Origin: Eledone cirrhosa
Lineage: Eukaryota
Direction of reading: 5' to 3'
NCBI GenBank assembly: GCA_964016885.1
Contig: OZ024742.1
Span: forward strand, 114,762,001 to 114,826,000
Length of the DNA stretch: 64,000 nt
Below the pieces are notes generated by a model. That model did no database searches, was not told the origin of the DNA, and saw nothing but the letters and a program-made list of their open reading frames with translations. Of the stretch, positions 54,653-64,000 are shown piece after piece (position 1 is the first letter of the stretch; each line of letters begins with the position of its first letter). The translations under genes were made by a program, and so were the position numbers.

Positions 54653-57600
54653 TAAAGCTGAGCGTCGTGTGTATGTATGTGTGTATGTATCCGACACACC
54701 TCCCTATACTATTTAACCTAAAATACTTTTATATCCATCTCATAGTGAAGCATTTCCAATTCATTATACGTAAACACTGACATTACTTTTTCGCTTTTAG
54801 CTTAGCATTTTAGATTCAATGCCTCCCTTTTTTAATTCAACTTGTTATTGAAACGACTATGTTCTCTCAGTGGTTCAGTATTTAACGTAAGATACTTTTA
54901 CACTGCTTCTATAGTATCGTTATACGACATGCCTAACCGAAAAAGACCAGTATTTTCTTCTAAACGAAATAAAGCCCTTTAATGGCGAAGTATGGAGGCG
55001 CGTGCGCAGGTACGTTTTTTTTATCGATTTCCTTTGCTATTTTGCTTCTTTTATCTCCATAAAAATATTATTTCTGTTTTGAGGAGTTCTAAAACAGTAG
55101 TGGCCGAGTTAAAACATGTTTTTCTTTGTTTGCAGTAACCCATCGGTCGTTCGATTGCTTGCATTACCCTCTTCTTTTTCTCTACGGCTAGGATGGCTAA
55201 CTTCGAGATTCCCACAATTGATTCGAAGTCTTGCTGCTTTACCAAAGAAAGTTTACAGCATGGATTTTCATGCATACCGACTCATGATCAGAGTCCTTCA
55301 AGTCAAGCAACTACTTAGGTTCAAAGAGGTGACAAACCAGTTCTTGGTTAATATGTATGCAAAGATTGAAGCGGAACTTCTTCTGTACATACGTACTCAT
55401 CAAAAACAACTAAGAGGGTTTCAATACGCTTATCTTAAGGATGCTTTGCAGCGTGACGGTGACGCAACCAATGTTGGGCATCAGGTGATCCTTCCTTGAA
55501 GCCTTAGTGCGTCACACCGGTACATGCATAAACCCATGCCATGGCGCATGTCCGTAAGTTTGGGCGGCCGGATCTTTTTATTACCTTCACATGTAATCCT
55601 AATTGGGTGGGGATTAAGGAGACTTTATTCGCGGGCCAGGTAACGAGTGACATGCATGATGTTACAGCCAGAGTCTTCCACGGAATGTTGAAGAAAGTAA
55701 TGTGCTTGCTGAAAGATAAGCCCATCTATGGACAACTGAATGCTTGGATGTATACTGTGGAATGGCAGAAGCGGGCTCTCCCTCACGCACATATTCTTAT
55801 TTGGTGCAAACAACGAATCAGACCGACGGACATTGATCGCCTTATATGTGCAGAGTTTCCCGATCCCCAACTTGATTTGCAGCTTTACAACATTGTGCTG
55901 GCTAACATGATACATGGCCCCTTTGGAGCCCTTAACAGCCAAAATTCATGCATGGAGGGGAACAAATGCACCAAACACTACCTCAGAGACTCTACCAGGG
56001 AATCTTGCACTGGTGTTGACGGCTAACCAATCAACCAGCGGCGTGCTCCAGATTTTGGCGGCCTTTCGGCTAGAATTAAGAAGAAAGGGAAAGAATACGA
56101 CATTGACAACAGCTGGGTGGTGCCTTACAGCCCATTGCATTCTAACATTTTTACTGCTCAAATCAATGTTGAGTCCTGCACATCTGTTAAAATCATTAAA
56201 TACATATGCCAACAAAGGCGCTGACATGGCGGTGGTTGGCCTCAGTGATGGCGTAGAATCAAAAGACGAAATTAGTCAGTTCATGATGGGAAGATACATT
56301 TCGTCCAATACGGCGGCTTGGCGCATTTTGGGGCTTGAAAATCACCCGTGCTCTCCAACAGTTGTTAACTCAGATATTCACTTAGAGAATGGTCAACGCG
56401 TTTATTTTACTGAGGAAATCGCATCCGCTGCTGCCGAATAGCCATCTGAACCGACGCTTACACCATTGTTTAAGCTATGTTCTGCCGATACGTTTGCAGT
56501 TACCCTTTTTTACGTCGATGTACCTACCTACTTCACTTGGTGGAACAAAAAATGGCATCGCCTGCGACAAGGGGAAACAAGTTGATGATTGGGTAGGTGA
56601 CTTCAGAAGTAATCAGACGCGTGTACAATGTTCATCCGAAGAAACAAGAATTCTTTTTTCCTCCGAATGTTGCTGCATCAAATCAAAGGGCACAAGTCAT
56701 TCGCCGACCTAAGACCTTTCGATGGCCACATTTGTTCCTGTTACAGGGACGCGTGCCTGAAGCCCGAGCTACTCGAGGATGATGCCCACATGTACGTGGC
56801 GTTGACAGAGGCTGCTGAATGCAAGATGCCTCGAGAAATGAGATGTCTGTTTTGCATAATGCTATTGTTCTGCGGCATAGGTGAGCCCCTTAAGCTTTCG
56901 GAAACGCATAGGGACAATATTTCAGAGGACATCCTCGGTAGACTACGAGCAGAATATACAGCGGCTGGCTTTTATTTCAACGGTGCGGTGTACAATGAGG
57001 CTCTCATCGACATGGACAGCAATCTTAAAGCTCTTGGAGTTGATGGTGTATCTGATTTATTTTTGCCACAACCTCGAAACAATCACAGTGCTTTAGATGT
57101 GGAGATTCATGCGTGAGTTAAATTAGAACATTGACGATATGACACATCAGTTAGCTCAGGACGAAGCCAGACTTTTGCCTGACCAGACACGGGCATATGA
57201 CACATTTCTCTGCAGTTTCAATTCAAATGAAGGACAGCTAATTTTTCTGGATGCTCCTGGGTGAACAGGAAAAACTGTTCTCATCAACCTTTTGCTTGCG
57301 AAGCTACGAAAAGACAAGCATATTGCATTAGCGGTCGCCTCCAGTGAAATTGCGGCGACACTGTTACATGGCGGCAGTACGGCACACTCCGTATTCAAAT
57401 TGCCTTTGGACATTGCAAAAAATGATAATCCTACATGTAGAATGGATCATGCGATCCTAAAGCACATCATCTTTCTCAGTGCTGTCTGATCATATGGGAC
57501 GAGGCTACCATGAGTCACATGGCGGCCTTTGAGGCTCTGGATCGGAACTCACGCGTCATGGGTGGAGCGACAGTACTGCCGGCTGGCGATTTCCGACAGA

Positions 57601-58631
57601 CTCTTCCTGTTATCACTAGAGGCACTAGAGCTGACGAAGTGAACGCATGCATCAAGTCGTCCCACGTATGGCAGTATGTCCACAAACTACATCTGACTAC
57701 CAATAGAAGAGTGCATGTGCATGGTAACGCAGACTCCATCTATTTCTCAAAATATCTATTCGAAGTTTGTAATGGAACTACACATGGAGTGGATGAAGAC
57801 CATATCCGTTTGCCTTTTGGGAACTTTGTGTCAAACATTGACGAATCAATGTTATCTTTATTTCCAGACCTTGAATCACGACTCCATGATTACACCTGGC
57901 TGACAGCAAGAGCTATTTTGGCACCACACAATGCCACTATTGATGTGATGAATCAAACATTACACAATCAGATTCCCGGAAATGAAGTCTCCTTCATGTC
58001 GATTGACAACAATAAAACGCGGACGACGCCGTCATCTACCCGATCGAATTCCTCAACAGTCAACTTCCACCAGTACTTCCTCCTCATGATCTGAAACTGA
58101 AGTTTGGCGTGCCAGTTATACTGCTGTGAAACCGGGATGCACCAGAACTATGCAACGGAACGCGTTTAATCATCAAAAGAATAAGGACCCACATTCTGGA
58201 GACAACCATTTTGAGCGGACCCGCTGCTGGCGTGACCAGGTTAATTACCCCAATGAGCCTTAGTCACTCTGACGTTCCCTATGAATTTATGCGACGGAAG
58301 TTTCTCATAAAACTCTGCTTTGCAATGAGCATTAACAAAACACAAGGACCATCACTGCAAGTGGTTGGCCTAAATCTAACACAGCAGGTATTTGCCCATG
58401 GTCAACTATACCTCGGATGCCCCCGCGTCGGTAGTCCACACAATCTCTTTATTTGTGGTAACCCGAGCAACACCAGGAACGTTGTCAACAAAGAGACCCT
58501 GCAATAACATATTTGAACCCTACTCCACCCAACGTCTCTCTGTCAAAACATTCTCTTCACGTCGCCCCTCAACTTATTAACTTAATAAAAAGTGGCCTCG
58601 AGTAGCCCCGAGTGCAACCGGATTCAGCTGG
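54647..58631 (+). mobile_element. Decayed autonomous Helitron (Rep HUH nuclease and PIF1 helicase)
   Basis: Rep motifs GRPDLFITFTCNPNW and VEWQKRALPHAHILIW. Helicase motifs FLDAPG*TGKT, IWDEATMSH, GDFRQTLPV and INKTQG. The 3' end CCGAGTGCAACCGG..CAGCTGG|T fits CTRR. Many stops and frameshifts are present. Confidence 0.92.
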
Positions 58632-58633
58632 TA

Positions 58634-58693
<60 letters not shown>

Positions 58694-60028
58694 ATAAATT
58701 CGTGTGTGTGTGTGCGTGTGTGCGTGTGTGTGTGTGTGTGTGTGGGTGTGGGTGTGTGTGTATGTGTGGTGGGTGTGGGTGTATCGGTGTGTGTATGTGT
58801 GGGTGCGTGCGTGTGCGTATGATGTAGCCCAGTACAACCAGTCTCATGTTCGGGTCGTCGCTGATTAAGCGGCTACCCACGAAGCTTTCTTGGTGACGAG
58901 GGTGATATTTGGACACCCTGCGGGATGAAATGCAAGACCCGGCCAGGGAAGAGGAACTCAGGAGAGTCAACGGCCATCCACATAATTTTAGTACTTTTCT
59001 TTCGTTTTCACAACACCTTTCTAAGAGGGGGGAAACTCTCACAAATAAACCTGGAGCTTCAGAACCATCCAATGATGTTGACAAGTTCTCCTATTCAGGT
59101 TGTGTTTCCGATGCTCCGAAAGTGTGATTGGTCGACGAGTGAAGGTCTTTACCCACTTAAAAAAGCTTCAAACACATCCAATGTTTGTTCGGGACCTGTT
59201 ACAGTTTCGTGAGGCTGACCAAAGCTTAAAAGTGCATTAATTTGATAATCTGACAAACGATTGCAATACTGTTATCAGAGTTTGCAGTCATCATATTGCA
59301 AACACTAAAATATGTTTTTATGGGACTACTTAAAACTTCAGTCGACGTTAAAAGTAGCAGCTCCCCTTGAAGCTTTCCTATAAATATGCAAATAACGAGG
59401 AGCTATTTATATAATGAGCTAAACACACATGATGTGTGAAGTGAACTCCTCCGTTTGCAATCTTAAAATATATCTTAAGAAGTGAATGAAAATAATTCCA
59501 GATTTCTCTCCCTGAAATATATGTTTATCTATCAGATTAACTAATGAGAAGAATTTGAATTTCTAAACTGTTGTTATTGGTATCTGCACAGTTACATATG
59601 ATCAATTATCAGCAGGTAAATAGATGTTTAAATAGTCAAAATAAAATTGCTGAAATTCTTTTGTTTTATATATATCGATTGATATAGTGTAACAGACCAA
59701 TTAAACGAAGGTAATTAAACATCTTATATGCATCATTATATTAAATTGCTTGGAATCAGACATGAGGTTCAGAAGTGTTGCATTTTATTGTTATTTCTAG
59801 TAAAGACGTTAAATCACACACAATTCAAATCAATGTTATATTTTATCGATATTCTCTATTGCAGCTGATAGGAAAACCTCCTTTTCTATAAGATGGGACA
59901 TTTGTATATGGCGGCACAAAAGGCTAGTGCAGACATGCTAATTATTGTGTGAAAATTAAGACTTTCTGAAAAATACAGAAACTACAGGTGTAGCGCGATA
60001 CACTGATTTTGTGTTGAGATGTAAACAG

Positions 60029-60110
60029 AACTGCAGATGCTAATCTTTCTGGGTATAACCCTTCATCAGTAGTGAACTGTACTGATGAAGGGTAATACAC
60101 AGATACACTG
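60029..60110. ncRNA. Two back-to-back decayed hammerhead-like motifs (family I)
   Basis: Minus reads ACTA-CTGATGA-aGGGttataCCCa-GAAA-GATtagcATC-TG-CAGT. Plus reads CTGATGA-aGGGtaataCACa-GATA. Confidence 0.55.
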
Positions 60111-60492
60111 TTCGATTTTCGTTTATCCAAGCGTCTAAGAATATAGTCAGGATATTTTCTTTTCAACAAATCATAATAAGTTTCTCACAAAATAACATTA
60201 TGGTATCGTGCAGTGAAATATTATGATAATGTGTAATCTTAAATGTTTTCAGTTTTAATCCGATAGAACCCACAACAATGATTAGTATTCGATGAGACAA
60301 TGACTATTGGTGTATACTATTGCATTCTGGTAAACAGTCTTTAGGAGAGGGAAATTGAATTTGTGTGTATTAGTGTTATATGGCTTCTGCTAATTTGATT
60401 ATTTATTTTCTCATTTAATCACTATTATGTGTTTTGAAAATTCATACGTTGGACTACTATTGGCTTATGCTACATCGATATTTATATGTATG

Positions 60493-60593
<101 letters not shown>

Positions 60594-60954
60594 ACATACA
60601 CACACACACACACACATACAAATATGTATATATATATACAAAATGTGAAACAATCAAATATTTGCTTAATAAATGTAATTGCTGACGATCGTTTCTTCCA
60701 GACAACTGCCCGGTTTCATCTGAGCATGCACGATGTTTAAACATGTAATTACAATCCTAGTCCTCAGAACATTCCTTAAGATACATTTGACAGTGTCAGT
60801 GACACGATATCGAAAAGAAATAGTGACAAAATGCTATTATATTATACAGATAGCTAAGTAATAGGAACTCTTGTGAAGAGGTTATTACATAAAGTGAATA
60901 TAGTGAGTATATTATATAGAAAGTTAAGTGTGTGAATATATGTATATATATCTA

Positions 60955-61047
<93 letters not shown>

Positions 61048-61072
61048 ATATATATATATATATGTATGTTTG

Positions 61073-62215
<1,143 letters not shown>

Positions 62216-62846
62216 CAAATGACAGGTTGGAACAAATTTCTGAGGATGTTTTTGTGATGAGGCAAGCTTTTGTGTTTCAGGAAAACTGAACACCCCCTTG
62301 TGACTAGGGAGCTTCACAGAGATAGTCCAAACCTGAATGTGGGATGTAGAATTATGTGCAATCGAATAATTGTTCAATTTTCCATTAACGAGACACTTTG
62401 ACTGAATAAGTGGCACCACAACTAGATGACCTTCAACCAACAATCATTTTCCAGCAAGATGCTGCACCACCACATTGGAGACTGCATGTTCGTAGGTTCC
62501 TAAATCAAACATTTCTGGACTGGTGGATTGGAAAGGATATCTCAATTCCCTGACCACCTAGTTCATCTGATATCACTCCCCTGGATTTCTTTCTGTTAAA
62601 GATACCGTGTTTCAAATAAAGATACGGAACACCACCGAGCTAAAGCAAAAGATCACAAATGTCATTGCCACCATTGTTGAGGCTATGCTACAGCAAACAG
62701 GGCAAGAAATCTTGATGTGCTTCATGCAACTAATGTTGCCCATATGGCGGTGTATAAATTATAAAAAAAAACGTCAATATCTACTCCTCATTTTGTAACA
62801 CGTTTTACATATTTGCTTTTGTAAAAATAATTTATGGACACCATAT
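62216..62846 (+). mobile_element. Tc1/mariner-superfamily transposase remnant with 3' TIR
   Basis: FCDEASF, IIFQQDAAPPHW..VRRFLNQTF..WIG..*PPSSSDITPLDFFL. TTTATGGACACCATATA resembles a terminus. Confidence 0.8.
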
Positions 62847-63084
62847 ATAACACTCAAATTTTCAAGTGGAAAGATAAGAGTTCTGAAATTAGGGATATTT
62901 GGTTCGAATGTGACAGGGGGTATCACAAGACATATTCTGTGAGCAAAACCAACCACTTATAAGCCAGAGAAGTCGAAGGATTCCAACAGTCAATATAACA
63001 TGACAACAGAAGAAAATTAATAAAAATAGTATTTTTTTAAACATGTGTATAAAAGCAGACATTAATTACAAAACCACAGTATTC

Positions 63085-64000
63085 TTTTTTTTTTTCTTGT
63101 ATGTAGAATATTAATCGCAATAATACATTTAGCTAAGTTCTGCTGCAATTCAATAGTATACAGTCATTTCATGAATTTGCAGGGATTTAGTGATATAACA
63201 ATGGGATTGATGAGTTAATATCTGTATACAACAACTACAACGGTACGTGATGGGGCCCACCCACAGCCGCGGCGGACAGAATGGAGAAGGCGTTTCCCCG
63301 GAGGACGGCAAGGGAGACGCGTTGGAAAAGCGACTCCAACTCGCGGGGCTCACACCGTCGGTTGGCCAGCTCAGCGCCTATGGTGGTCAGTAAGGAGGTA
63401 GTCCTGGGGCCGAGGATACGAGAAGTCTCCACTGTCAGGGGTACGACCGCAAACCTGTCGAAGAGCGACCGGTATTTGAGGAGTTTGTCCATCTCAGCCC
63501 GACGTGCAGCAGAACATGGGTCAGTCGCAGACTGCACCAGGTTGCGGCAGCAGAAAGTGTCGGTGTAAGTGGCTTCCCGGACGAAGGGTTTGCCACCGCG
63601 GAACGGGAAGATGGTCCTGCCATCTGGCCTTTTGCCGTCCCCTCGATCCAGCCCCACCGGCTCGAGCTGGGAAGGGAAGCCTTCAGCGTCCAAGCCATAC
63701 TTAATGACCTCGTTGAGGGCAGCATGGCGTGGAATGCCGCCAGCACTGTGGCGGCAGGTAAGCCGGTGGAGGCCGAAGAGTCCACGCTGGAACCGCAGCG
63801 ACATCGGTATGGCTGGCAGATCCGGTGACTGAGCCTCAGGGAAACGCCGATTCGCATGCTATGGTTGTCTAGCTGCGTGCCAATGGAGAAGGAGCCAGGC
63901 ACCATTGTGGTGTTTGGAGGCCGCACAAATATAAGCAAGTCGGTGCTGGTCGAGCTGGCGCGTGAGCCTGTCTGAAGCCATGCTTCACTGCATTTCATGC
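63085..64000 (-). mobile_element. CRE-clade non-LTR retrotransposon 3' part (zinc finger and RLE), runs off window
   Basis: CRCG..GLHRLTC, RHAALNEVI, DGKRPDG, AEMDKLLKY, VPLTVET, FQRVSLAVLRGNA. An A-rich tail lies at 63085-63095. Confidence 0.82.

Noticed and set aside
58830-59215. GC-richer segment with several short ORFs
   Set aside because: No domain is recognisable in any frame. It is probably an unidentified TE fragment.

Overview
AT-rich eukaryotic intergenic or intronic DNA. It is most likely from an octopus or other coleoid cephalopod, inferred from the very large (TA)n tracts and the SINE, LINE and Helitron families present. I found no convincing host protein-coding gene, and most entries in the ORF track are microsatellite or antisense artefacts. 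The window is a mosaic of transposons. It holds one intact full-length L1/Tx1-type LINE (16440-22260, minus), two decayed CR1-group LINEs, three head-to-tail R4/Dong elements in (TAA)n, and HERO, CRE, RTE and Tc1/mariner fragments. It also holds a decayed autonomous Helitron, three non-autonomous Helitrons, about seven copies of a tRNA-derived SINE and three Penelope-like (PLE) remnants. The main signal not shown by the ORF track is a dense set of type I hammerhead ribozyme (HHR) motifs, about 19 copies in about 9 unrelated sequence families, all folded by eye. They lie in non-coding tandem units (430 and 716 nt), in PLE 3' regions and in fold-back palindromes, mostly next to (TA)n. Several have non-canonical features: a CAGANGA core, a U-U pair at the base of stem II, and stem II inserts of 50-95 nt.
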